This document shows, one piece after another, positions 26,691 to 35,817 of a stretch of DNA of 64,000 bases. The stretch's first letter is position 1, and each line of letters starts with the position of its first letter. The DNA comes from Acidobacteriaceae bacterium (lineage in GTDB: Bacteria; Acidobacteriota; Terriglobia; Terriglobales; Acidobacteriaceae), in contig PKUV01000160.1 of the NCBI GenBank assembly GCA_003131315.1, positions 59,804-123,803 of the forward strand. The letters run 5' to 3'. Under the pieces are notes generated by a model, which saw nothing but the letters and a program-made list of their open reading frames with translations, had not been told where the DNA came from and ran no database searches. Made by a program: the position numbers and the translations under genes.

Positions 26691-27863
26691 ATGCCGTATG
26701 AGCGGCTTGTGATCAGGCCGGAGAAATGGAAGGCTTCCAACAACGAGGCAACCTCGCCAGCCGTCAGAGCGGGTGACCTTTTATTTGTCGCAGCCCAACA
26801 TTCGATCGAAGGAAATGTACGCGAGCAGGCCCGCGTTGCGCTGGAACGCATACGCGAGATAGTAACCGCAGCGGGTGGCACGATGGACGACGTTGTGGAT
26901 GTCGTAGCTTTCTTTCTTGACATCCGAGATGCGGAAGACGTGCTTGAGGTCAGCCGCGAGTTTTTCTCCAAAGACTATCCGGCCTGGACTTTTATGGGAA
27001 CTCAGGGTCTTCCCCAGCGCGGGTCAGCCGTACATATTCATGCGGTAGCTCATCTCGGGAAGGCCAAGAAACAGTGCTTTACGCCAGACAGTCTTCGATG
27101 GTGGCATAAGTACCCCATGTCCGGTGCCTGCCGCAAGGGCGAGTACCTTTTTATATCGGGGCAAATGGCGGCCGACTTGGATGGCAACATTACGAACCCT
27201 GGCGATCATGCAGCGCAATCCCGCTACATCTTCCATCGGCTCGAAGAGCTGGCCGAACTCGCGGGTGGAAACTTTCGAAGCGATGTTCTCGATCTCCTTT
27301 CTTTCAGTATCGACCCCCGCAGCTTCAATCCCATGTGCATCGACGTCGGATGCAAGGAATTCCTCACCATGCCGTTGTCGCAGGCTCCGTCATGGTCGGT
27401 GATTGGCAGCACCGGATTGTTTAAGCACCTCGCCTTCCATACTGTGAGGGCCATTTGCGAGATTGGAAATGGCAAGGCCGTCGCTTTTACGCCCAGCAGT
27501 ATTTTTTGGAAATATTTGCCTGTCTCCGGGGCCACCAAGAAAGAGCACGGCCATCTGTTGTGCATCGCCGGCGAAGTGGGAATGGACATGGATGGCCAGA
27601 TCGTCTCTCCTGGAAATCCAGCAGCACAAGGTCGCTACGCGTTTAACCGAATCAAAGAGGTAGTGGAGATGGCAGGCGGCACAATGTCCAATATCGTGGA
27701 CATTATCTCCTTTCACAAGGATGTCCGTGCCATACCCACAATTCAGGAAGTCTCGAAGGAATTCTTCAAGGGGCAGCCGCCCGCTTGGACTGCTGTTGGC
27801 TATCCAGGGGGATATTTCGAGGGGCACCTACACGAGATCTGTGCGAGAGCCTGGCTGCCATAA
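26691..27863 (+). CDS. triple RidA/YjgF-domain fusion protein (module A)
   Basis: 390 aa, made of 3 x ~130-aa repeats. Each has RidA-like blocks (AGDLLFVAAQ / KGEYLFISGQ / GHLLCIAGE; ...AGGTMDDVVDVVAF / AGGNFRSDVLDLLSF / AGGTMSNIVDIISF). PAWT/PSWS/PAWT replace the canonical PAR. Confidence 0.8.
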   Translation: MPYERLVIRPEKWKASNNEATSPAVRAGDLLFVAAQHSIEGNVREQARVALERIREIVTAAGGTMDDVVDVVAFFLDIRDAEDVLEVSREFFSKDYPAWTFMGTQGLPQRGSAVHIHAVAHLGKAKKQCFTPDSLRWWHKYPMSGACRKGEYLFISGQMAADLDGNITNPGDHAAQSRYIFHRLEELAELAGGNFRSDVLDLLSFSIDPRSFNPMCIDVGCKEFLTMPLSQAPSWSVIGSTGLFKHLAFHTVRAICEIGNGKAVAFTPSSIFWKYLPVSGATKKEHGHLLCIAGEVGMDMDGQIVSPGNPAAQGRYAFNRIKEVVEMAGGTMSNIVDIISFHKDVRAIPTIQEVSKEFFKGQPPAWTAVGYPGGYFEGHLHEICARAWLP

Positions 27864-27912
27864 AGCAGGATCGCGGCGGCAGGATTATTTGGGTTCATAA
27901 CGGGAGCGGGAA

Positions 27913-28797
27913 ATGTCTGATACCAACTACAAAGCGGTAGATATTTCTATTAATGCGTTTCTGCCTGAGAGTTCCTACAAACATCTGTCACTCGGCTTGT
28001 GGAAGGCGTCCGGGCCATCGTACGAAGAGAAAATCCGCAAAGGCTGGACCGCCGAGTACATGGTTGAGATGATGGACCGAGGAAACGTGGAGTTGTCTTG
28101 CCTGATTTCATTGTGCTCGGCGAACGGCGTAGGCGGGGAGGAATTGATCGTCCCTATTGAAGAAATCATTCCAGTCATCCAGAAATATCCCAAGCGGTTC
28201 GTCGGGCTGGTGGGACTTTCGCCACTGCAGAAATGGGGAAGTCCTTACTATCCACCCACCTACATTGAACGTGCGGTGAAGGAACACGGCTTCAAAGGGG
28301 TACACATGTATCCCCACTGGTTCGGAATCAGGGTTAACGATCGGCGCATGTATCCCATTTATGAGAAGTGTGCGGAGCTTGATGTCCCTATTTCATTCCA
28401 GACCGGACAAGGGACGATGCGTTCGAATTCGCGAGTCGTGGCCCGTCCAATTTGGATCGACGAAATTGTGCGGGATTTTCCGACGCTGAAAGTGATTGCG
28501 CTGCACAGCGGATATCCGTGGGAAGACGAGTTAGTTGCGCTCGCGATCACGAATGAGCACGTCTACATTTGTCCTGACGTTCCGCCACCACGACTGTGGC
28601 ATGCGTCCATATTGTCCTACTTGAAAGAAGAAGGGCGTTTCGAGGGCATGAGTGGAAGCGACAAGGTCTTGTGGGCTACTGACTTCCCGTTACAAGAGCC
28701 CGACAAATCCTTGAAAGAGGTGGATGCGCTCGGATTGACTCCGGAAATTCGTCGGAAACTGGTGCGAGACAATGCAATAAAGCTGTTCAAGCTGTAA
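27913..28797 (+). CDS. Amidohydro_2 (ACMSD/LigI-like TIM-barrel) protein (module A)
   Basis: HMYPHWFG, ALHSGYPWEDE and LWATDFP. The N-terminal site reads VDISIN instead of D-x-H-x-H. Confidence 0.8.
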   Translation: MSDTNYKAVDISINAFLPESSYKHLSLGLWKASGPSYEEKIRKGWTAEYMVEMMDRGNVELSCLISLCSANGVGGEELIVPIEEIIPVIQKYPKRFVGLVGLSPLQKWGSPYYPPTYIERAVKEHGFKGVHMYPHWFGIRVNDRRMYPIYEKCAELDVPISFQTGQGTMRSNSRVVARPIWIDEIVRDFPTLKVIALHSGYPWEDELVALAITNEHVYICPDVPPPRLWHASILSYLKEEGRFEGMSGSDKVLWATDFPLQEPDKSLKEVDALGLTPEIRRKLVRDNAIKLFKL

Positions 28798-28845
28798 GAG
28801 TTGACGAGCCCGCGGCAAGGTGATGGGAGAACGTCGGGAGAGGCA

Positions 28846-29727
28846 ATGATTCAGGCGATAGATGTTTGTGTTAATCCGTTTTTCCCGGAATTCAGCGGCA
28901 AGTATGCCCGCTTGGGGTATTGGAATTTCCTCGGTGGCAACATGCTGCGTAGAGCCAAAAACGGCTGGACAGTCGAGGAACTTCTCCGTTCGATGAACGA
29001 GGCGAAGGTGGAAATGGCGGGATTGGTTGCCTTTTGCGCTGCAAGCCCAAGCAATGGAGCCGACTGTTTTATCCCGGCAGAGAAGCTAAAACCGATTCTT
29101 GATTCCCATCCGCAACGTTTTTTCGGCCTAGTTGGGGTTAACCCTCTCGCCCCAATTCAAGACGACTATTACGCTCCGCGGTATCTTGAGCGCGCAGTGA
29201 AGGAGTTTGGCTTTAAGGCCGCCCATCTTGCCTTACACTGGTTTGGCATGCAGCCAAATGACAAGCGCCTGTATCCGATTTATGAGAAGTGCCTGGAGCT
29301 GGGCGTGCCTGTCGTGATGCCGCTCGGGGCTGCGCCTCCACGCTCCGGGGCGCGCAACGTGGCGGAACCGCATTTGCTTGATCCGGTCATCGGTGATTTT
29401 CTGGAACTAAGTATCGTCGGACAATCCATTGGATATCCGTGGGAGCGGGAATCGGTCTATCTAGCGCGGAATAATGCCAACTTCAGTGTGCTAGCCGATT
29501 CGCCAGCCCCCGAGCACTGGATTGCAGATTTTGTCGGGTTCATCAAACAAGGACGCTTTCCCAAGCATGATGCCGGAAGCGATCAAGTGATGTGGGGGTC
29601 AGGGTTCCCCTTTAAGGATCCCGCTCAATCTCGCAGTCAATTTGATGCGATCGCGTTCACAGACGTCATTGCCTCTCAGCTACTTCGGGAAAATGCACTA
29701 CGGATTTTCAAACTTGGCATTCGCTAA
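28846..29727 (+). CDS. Amidohydro_2 protein, divergent paralog (module A only)
   Basis: IDVCVNPFFPEF, HLALHWFG, IGYPWERE and MWGSGFP. GGGAGAGG lies upstream of the ATG at 28846. Confidence 0.8.
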   Translation: MIQAIDVCVNPFFPEFSGKYARLGYWNFLGGNMLRRAKNGWTVEELLRSMNEAKVEMAGLVAFCAASPSNGADCFIPAEKLKPILDSHPQRFFGLVGVNPLAPIQDDYYAPRYLERAVKEFGFKAAHLALHWFGMQPNDKRLYPIYEKCLELGVPVVMPLGAAPPRSGARNVAEPHLLDPVIGDFLELSIVGQSIGYPWERESVYLARNNANFSVLADSPAPEHWIADFVGFIKQGRFPKHDAGSDQVMWGSGFPFKDPAQSRSQFDAIAFTDVIASQLLRENALRIFKLGIR

Positions 29728-29743
29728 GGGATAGGCTCGCTCT

Positions 29744-30985
29744 ATGGCACCCAGTATGCGTGGCTGGAAACTTCTTCTGTTGTTGTGCCTGACCAATGTC
29801 ATGGCTTACATCGGAGTCTTTGAGTTGCCTCCGATTATTGGCAATCTGGTTCACGAATTCCATATCAGTTATGCGCAAGCGGGCTTGTTTATGAGCGTTT
29901 ACGCATTGGTGCGCATGATTGGCAGTCTGATGGCGGGGACGTTCAGCGACCGGTATGGTGTAAAGTACTTTATCCTCGCGGGGCTCGTGCTGATTGCGCT
30001 GGGCGGATTTCTTTGCGCTCATAGCCACGGATACGCGTCCATGTTGGCTTATCGCACAATCATCGGTATCGGTGCGACTTTGATTTTCATCCCCGGCCTG
30101 GCGGCGGCAATGTATCTGGTCCCGCCACATCAGGTCAATCTTGCAACCGGAACGTATTTCACGTCCATGAACCTGGGCCTGACTGTCGCCCTCCTGGTCA
30201 CTCCCATCATGGCCTCGTCGTTTACCTGGCGTACTCCACTCAATCTTTTTGCCGGTCTTAGCATACTCGTGGCACTTGTGTTCTTTGTCGTAACTCGCGG
30301 GCAAACTCTGCAGGCATCAGGCGACCTCCAGGTGACAGGACGGAATAGTGAGCGTGCAGCCGGTACGTACTCGATTCGGAATGTGCCTCTTGTCCTGGTT
30401 TGCATCGGCTATTTTCTGATGTTATTTCACACTTACGGGATGATTACGTGGCTGCCGGAATATTTGAAAGTCGCCCGAGGTTACTCCCCTGCTGTGGTGG
30501 GAGCGGTATCAATGCTACTCGGACTCGTCATGATACCTGGGACCTTTATTTCAGGATGGCTGGGAGACCGCATTGGAGCCTGGGGAATTGGCATGATTGG
30601 CGTGGTTCTTTGCGGCGGCTGTCCGGCGGCATTTATTTTATTCCCAAGAATCCCGCTGTGGGGTGTTTTTGCTGGAGTATGTTTCCTGGCATTCGGCATT
30701 TGTTTATTTGTTGTGCCTCTCACTAGCATTCTCAGTTACCTTGTGCCAGCCAAGGACAACGGAAAGGCGGTTGGCCTGGTCCATACCACAGGATATGCGG
30801 GCTCGATTGCATCCACTTATCTTGGCGGTTACCTGCTTACCCTCACCGGGAATTATTCGTGGCCGTTTGCGTTATATGTCGGTTCAATGGTTGTCAGTCT
30901 TTTTCTGCTGTTAGCGATGCACCGATACTATGCCGAGGCCGAAACGGGTCGACGTGCGCCTGCGGTTGAGGCCCAACCCGCGTAG
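29744..30985 (+). CDS. MFS transporter (module A)
   Basis: 413 aa with ~12 hydrophobic segments and a GTFSDRYG loop 2-3 motif. Confidence 0.85.
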   Translation: MAPSMRGWKLLLLLCLTNVMAYIGVFELPPIIGNLVHEFHISYAQAGLFMSVYALVRMIGSLMAGTFSDRYGVKYFILAGLVLIALGGFLCAHSHGYASMLAYRTIIGIGATLIFIPGLAAAMYLVPPHQVNLATGTYFTSMNLGLTVALLVTPIMASSFTWRTPLNLFAGLSILVALVFFVVTRGQTLQASGDLQVTGRNSERAAGTYSIRNVPLVLVCIGYFLMLFHTYGMITWLPEYLKVARGYSPAVVGAVSMLLGLVMIPGTFISGWLGDRIGAWGIGMIGVVLCGGCPAAFILFPRIPLWGVFAGVCFLAFGICLFVVPLTSILSYLVPAKDNGKAVGLVHTTGYAGSIASTYLGGYLLTLTGNYSWPFALYVGSMVVSLFLLLAMHRYYAEAETGRRAPAVEAQPA

Positions 30986-31064
30986 ACATCACGATTCGCT
31001 CAGGCTGGACCAAGCCGCCATAGAGGAACAACTTTGCTAGCGCGCACTATTTCGGGGAGACGCA

Positions 31065-32201
31065 ATGCCAACAGCTTCATCGGCTAATCGCTCAGCAGCG
31101 AACAAAGCCATCGAAAATGGGGACCTGATGCGGGGGGCCCGCAACTGTGTTAACGGATATTGCGCGATCCAGCGCGACGAGCGCGTCCTCTTGTGGCTGG
31201 ATCGCAACGACACCGTCGACCCAACCGTCGTGAATGCTCTGGTGACGGCAATTGATGAAACTGGCGCCCCACTTAGTGTATTGCGAACGAAGGCCCCGAT
31301 TTTCCGGTATGGACAAAGGCTGTCTCCCGTAGAGGAAGCAGCAATATCCAATGCAAATGTCCTGATGCATGTCTTCGACCTGGAGAACGCAGCTTCGGTG
31401 GACAACGCTGACATCTATCGGTGCATGTGGGAGCACGAGTTGCGGGTCACGTCGGTGATCGCAACCACTCCCCGCATCATGAACTCTGATTGGGCCCATT
31501 ACCCGCCTGAACTGCATTACTACATGTGGATTAAATCAGCCCGACTGCTTTGCGACACCGAAGCGCATCTGACCGATGATCTCGGTACCGATCTCCACAT
31601 GAAGTTGTTCCCGTGGCCTAAAGGCGATCCCCTCTCGTCGTCTTGGGCGAGCGTAGACAAGAAGGCCAAAGTGCACCGCCCGGCAGGAACATGGGAATTT
31701 TTCCCAGGTGGCACGATCGCGCTTTGTCCCAAGGCCGTGGAAGGTACCTTGGTGTTCGAACTCCTTGAGGGATTTGCGGGCTACTTGAGCGAGCCGATTC
31801 GGTTGACGATCAAGGATCACTGGGTGACGAAAGTTGAAGGCGGAACGGAAGCTAAGTGGCTGAAGGAGCGCATGCGTCGTTATAACAACGGGTCTTACTT
31901 CTGCGAATTCGCCTGGGGAATCAATCCGCGTTCCCCCTTGCAGGAGGGTTTGAAGGTAAAAGCTCCGGATAGTCTTCTGTTTCGTCGGGCAGGGAGCTTT
32001 CATTGCGCCGTGGGGCTCTGGCCCGGAATGGGTGTGCCCAGTCCTTTCCACTGGGATGGCGGCGGGCTAAAGCCGACGCTGACACTGGGTAAGAAGACTG
32101 TCATTGACCGGGGATATTTCACCATGCTGGATGACCCGGACGTGCGGGAGTTGGCTTCAAAGTATGGGAATCCAGAGGAATTCTTGTCGTACGAAAGTTG
32201 A
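31065..32201 (+). CDS. M29 (thermophilic metalloprotease) / NicX-superfamily protein
   Basis: CEFAWGINPRS and SPFHWDGGG resemble the GEFgIGtN and H-x-D metal motifs of M29 aminopeptidases and 2,5-dihydroxypyridine dioxygenase. The assignment is by eye. Confidence 0.55.
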   Translation: MPTASSANRSAANKAIENGDLMRGARNCVNGYCAIQRDERVLLWLDRNDTVDPTVVNALVTAIDETGAPLSVLRTKAPIFRYGQRLSPVEEAAISNANVLMHVFDLENAASVDNADIYRCMWEHELRVTSVIATTPRIMNSDWAHYPPELHYYMWIKSARLLCDTEAHLTDDLGTDLHMKLFPWPKGDPLSSSWASVDKKAKVHRPAGTWEFFPGGTIALCPKAVEGTLVFELLEGFAGYLSEPIRLTIKDHWVTKVEGGTEAKWLKERMRRYNNGSYFCEFAWGINPRSPLQEGLKVKAPDSLLFRRAGSFHCAVGLWPGMGVPSPFHWDGGGLKPTLTLGKKTVIDRGYFTMLDDPDVRELASKYGNPEEFLSYES

Positions 32202-32220
32202 AAGAAAGAGCTGAGGGGGC

Positions 32221-33660
32221 TTGGTCTTGAAGGAGAACGAATCGACAGAAGGGCCGATCACAGCGATTCACGCCAGCTATGTGGTGGTGCCTGAGAAAAA
32301 TAGCCACGACGTTCTGCGAGATAAGACGGTGGTCGTCCGCGGCAATCGCATCTGGCAGATTTGTGACAGCTATGCGGGTCCTGCGGACATAAGTATCCAT
32401 GCCGCTGGCAGACTGCTCGCGCCTGGATTTATCAACGCACACGTACACGTGGGAGCCGCCACTTACGTACGGGGTTTGTGCGAGGATCGCGACCTGCTTC
32501 CGGGAAGCGCCTTTTATCACTACGTGGTTCCGCTGATCGCAGTGGGCGCGGCAAATTTCAGTCTTGAAGAGTTCGGCGCTGTGATCGAGTGGGATATGTT
32601 GGAAATGCTTAAGAAAGGTTCGACAACTATTCTGGAAGAGAATTTCGATCACTATGAGATCCTGGTAAAAGTGGCCGAGCGCCTGGGAAATCGGGCTTAT
32701 CTGAGCCCCACATATCCTTCCGGTCATGGGAACATTGGTTACATCAAGGATGGAAAACTCCAGTACGATCGTCCGGCAGAAGGCGCTGTTAGCGCTGGGT
32801 TACAACGAAACATCGACCTGCACGCCCAGTTCAATGGGTGTGCCAACGATCGTATTCGTGTGCGCCTGAGCCCTACGGGGCCAGATACCTGCCCGCCCGA
32901 TGTTCTACGGGAGACCCGGAACGCAGCCGACCGGTTGGGCTGTGGCATCAGCATTCACGCGGCGCATCACCAGAGGGAGTTCGAAATATGCCGGACCAAA
33001 TTCAATGCGACGCCCATCGAGCACCTGGCTAATACCGGGATCCTGGGCCCGGACGCGGTCGTCACGCACTGCACTTTCACCGATGAAAACGATCGGAAAC
33101 TGCTGGCCGAGAGCAAATCCACCGTGGCCCATTGTTCTTACCGCAAAGCCCGAGAGGCGGTAATCGGACCCTTCTGGGAGTATCTGCAAAAAGGGATTAA
33201 TGTCGCGCTGGGAACGGACTCGTACTCCAGTGACATTACAGAGACGATCCGAATGGCCGCCGTGCTGGGCAAGATCAAGGCCGGCCGTGTAGGCGCGCCC
33301 ACGGCCGCGGATGCATTCGATGCGGCAACTCTCGGCGGGGCAAGGGGATTGGGGCGAGATGATCTGGGCCAAATCAAGCCCGGTGCCAAAGCTGACCTTG
33401 TGCTGATCGACTTGACCAAGCCGCACAACTGTCCCGTCATCGATCCCATCAAGAATTTTGTCTACTACTCGTCGGGCACCGATGTGGAAACCGTGATGGT
33501 GGATGGGAAGATCGTTGTCGATCGGGGACGCGCGGTGAATACCGATGAAGATGACTTGCGGGAGCGAGTTCGTTCCGCGACCCAGCGCATTTGGCGTCTG
33601 GCGGATGAAAAGGGCGTTGTCGATGGGTTACGGCCCGCGCTCACCTCGGGAAACTCATGA
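32221..33660 (+). CDS. Amidohydro_1 deaminase-like amidohydrolase (module B)
   Basis: GFINAHVHVG, ISIHAAHH and ALGTDS. It is a paralog of 25230-26660. The TTG start is uncertain. Confidence 0.85.
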   Translation: MVLKENESTEGPITAIHASYVVVPEKNSHDVLRDKTVVVRGNRIWQICDSYAGPADISIHAAGRLLAPGFINAHVHVGAATYVRGLCEDRDLLPGSAFYHYVVPLIAVGAANFSLEEFGAVIEWDMLEMLKKGSTTILEENFDHYEILVKVAERLGNRAYLSPTYPSGHGNIGYIKDGKLQYDRPAEGAVSAGLQRNIDLHAQFNGCANDRIRVRLSPTGPDTCPPDVLRETRNAADRLGCGISIHAAHHQREFEICRTKFNATPIEHLANTGILGPDAVVTHCTFTDENDRKLLAESKSTVAHCSYRKAREAVIGPFWEYLQKGINVALGTDSYSSDITETIRMAAVLGKIKAGRVGAPTAADAFDAATLGGARGLGRDDLGQIKPGAKADLVLIDLTKPHNCPVIDPIKNFVYYSSGTDVETVMVDGKIVVDRGRAVNTDEDDLRERVRSATQRIWRLADEKGVVDGLRPALTSGNS

Positions 33661-34835
33661 CCACCTTTCAGCGAGTGGGACTCCAGATTGAAGGCTCGTC
33701 AGGGAAGCCATTTTCGTCGGCTGTCCGTGCCGGAGATCTGCTATTCATCAGCGGTCACACCGGAGTGCATGGAGATAACCCTAGCGGCGACGTTCGTGTC
33801 CAGGCGAGATCTTCCTTCCGCGAGATTGAGAAGGCCGTCACCATCGCGGGCGGCACAATGTCTGACGTGGTGGACATACTTGCCGCGTTTGTCGATATCC
33901 GCGACGCCGATGACGTTCTCGAAGTAGCCCGGGAGTTTTTCCCTAGAGACTATCCTGCTTGGACTGCGATGGGCACCCAAGGCTTGCAGCATCGGGGATC
34001 TAAGCTTCTGATTCATGCCGTGGCTCACCTTGGCCCTGAGAGAAAGCAGTGTTTCACTCCCGACAGTTTGCGCTGGTGGCGCAAGTACCCGATTTCAGGG
34101 GCGTGCCGCAAGGGACCATATGTGTTTATCTCGGGGCAGATGCCTATCGATATTGACGGAAATGTGGTGAACGCCGGAGATCATGGTGCCCAGGCCCGAT
34201 ATCTGTTCAGTCGGATGAAAGAACTCGCGGAGTTTGCTGGCGGCAAACTGGAAGATGACCTGCTCGATATCCTCTCCTTTAGTATTGATCCTCGATCCTT
34301 TGCGCCGATGTGCGCAGTGAAGAACAGTGAGTTCCTTACGATGCCATTCGCGCAGGCACCGTGCTCATCCATTATTGGCGCAACGAGTCTCTATCGACAC
34401 CTGGTGTTTCACACGGTACGCGCACTGTGTGAGGTCGGTAACGGTAAGGCTGTGGCCTACACACCCAAGAGCGTTTTCTGGCGCTACTTGCCAGTGTCGG
34501 GGGGGACGAAGAAAGAAAAAGGGCATCTTCTTTGCGTGGCGGGTGAAGTCGGCATGGATATGGATGGGCAGATCGTAACTCCCGGCGATGCGGTAGCGCA
34601 GGCGCGCTATGCGTTCAATCGCATTCGTGATGTGGTTGAAATGGCGGGAGGTAGCATGGATAGTGTCGTAGACCTCATTTCGTTCCACAAGGATGCACGC
34701 GAGATCGAACCCGTCATGGAAGTCGCTCGTGAGTATTTCCGCGGTGACCCTCCGGCTTGGACTGCAATTGGATATCCTGGCGGCTATTTTGAGGGACATC
34801 TACATGAGATCCTAGCGCGGGCGTGGATTTCCTGA
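33657..34835 (+). CDS. triple RidA/YjgF-domain fusion protein (module B)
   Basis: 392 aa, collinear with 26691-27863. PAWT/PCSS/PAWT occupy the canonical Arg position. It has an ATGA overlap with the upstream gene. Confidence 0.8.
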   Translation: MTTFQRVGLQIEGSSGKPFSSAVRAGDLLFISGHTGVHGDNPSGDVRVQARSSFREIEKAVTIAGGTMSDVVDILAAFVDIRDADDVLEVAREFFPRDYPAWTAMGTQGLQHRGSKLLIHAVAHLGPERKQCFTPDSLRWWRKYPISGACRKGPYVFISGQMPIDIDGNVVNAGDHGAQARYLFSRMKELAEFAGGKLEDDLLDILSFSIDPRSFAPMCAVKNSEFLTMPFAQAPCSSIIGATSLYRHLVFHTVRALCEVGNGKAVAYTPKSVFWRYLPVSGGTKKEKGHLLCVAGEVGMDMDGQIVTPGDAVAQARYAFNRIRDVVEMAGGSMDSVVDLISFHKDAREIEPVMEVAREYFRGDPPAWTAIGYPGGYFEGHLHEILARAWIS

Positions 34836-34854
34836 CTTAGGGACAGAACCGTAA

Positions 34855-35817
34855 ATGGATACGCCGGAAAAAGAGCAACCGAGCTACCAGGCAATCGACG
34901 TTTCGGTCAACATACACTTACCGGAGCATTCGCACCGGTTGTTGCCCCTTGGTCTTTATAAAGCGGCAGGGCCGACTTGGGTCGAGAAAATTCGGGCGGG
35001 TTGGCCCCCAGAATACATGCTGGAGATGATGGATCGGTCTAAGGTTCAGCTTTCGCTAGTAATCTCCCTTTGGTGCGCGAACGGGGTAGGTGGGGAAGAG
35101 CTTTATGTCGCTGCTGAGGAAATGTTGCCTATGTTTGCAGCGCACCCGACTAAGTTCCTTGGCTTGGTTGGGATCTCACCGATCAGAGCCTGGACCGACA
35201 AATACTATGCCCCCAGATATATCGATCGCATGGTTCGGCAGTATGGATTCAAGGGGGCCCATATGTATCCCCACTGGTTCGGCATACGCATCGACGATTC
35301 CCGCATGTATCCGATCTTCGAAAAGTGCGTGGAGCTGGATGTTCCCATTTCCTTTCAGACAGGTCAGGGCACTATGCGCTCAAATTCACGCATTGCGGCC
35401 AGGCCTATTTGGATTGATAAGATCGTCCGTGATTTTCCCGAGCTGAGAATCGTCGCTTTGCACAGCGGATATCCGTGGGAGGAGGAATTGGTCGCCTTGG
35501 CCATCAACAATGAGAACATTTTCATCTGCCCGGATGTCCCTCCGCCGCGTTTGTGGCACACCGCCATACTCGAGTATTTGAAAGAAGAAGGACGATTTGA
35601 GGGTTTGGGTGGCAGCAACAAAGTTGTCTGGGCAACAGATTGGCCCTTGCAGGATCAGGAAACCTCTCTGAAGGAAATCGATGCTCTTGCTTTGGCGCCC
35701 CAAGTTCGGAAGAAGTTGGTGCGGGACAACGCGATCCGCATCTTCAAACTGGAAACTGAATCGCAAGACTCGAAAAGCTCAATGAGCGAATCCGAAAATG
35801 GGAAGTGCGAGAAATGA
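34855..35817 (+). CDS. Amidohydro_2 protein (module B)
   Basis: IDVSVNIHLPEH, HMYPHWFG, ALHSGYPWEEE and VWATDWP. It is roughly 80% identical by eye to 27913-28797 over the C-terminal half and shares the 22-nt run tgcacagcggatatccgtggga. Confidence 0.85.
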   Translation: MDTPEKEQPSYQAIDVSVNIHLPEHSHRLLPLGLYKAAGPTWVEKIRAGWPPEYMLEMMDRSKVQLSLVISLWCANGVGGEELYVAAEEMLPMFAAHPTKFLGLVGISPIRAWTDKYYAPRYIDRMVRQYGFKGAHMYPHWFGIRIDDSRMYPIFEKCVELDVPISFQTGQGTMRSNSRIAARPIWIDKIVRDFPELRIVALHSGYPWEEELVALAINNENIFICPDVPPPRLWHTAILEYLKEEGRFEGLGGSNKVVWATDWPLQDQETSLKEIDALALAPQVRKKLVRDNAIRIFKLETESQDSKSSMSESENGKCEK

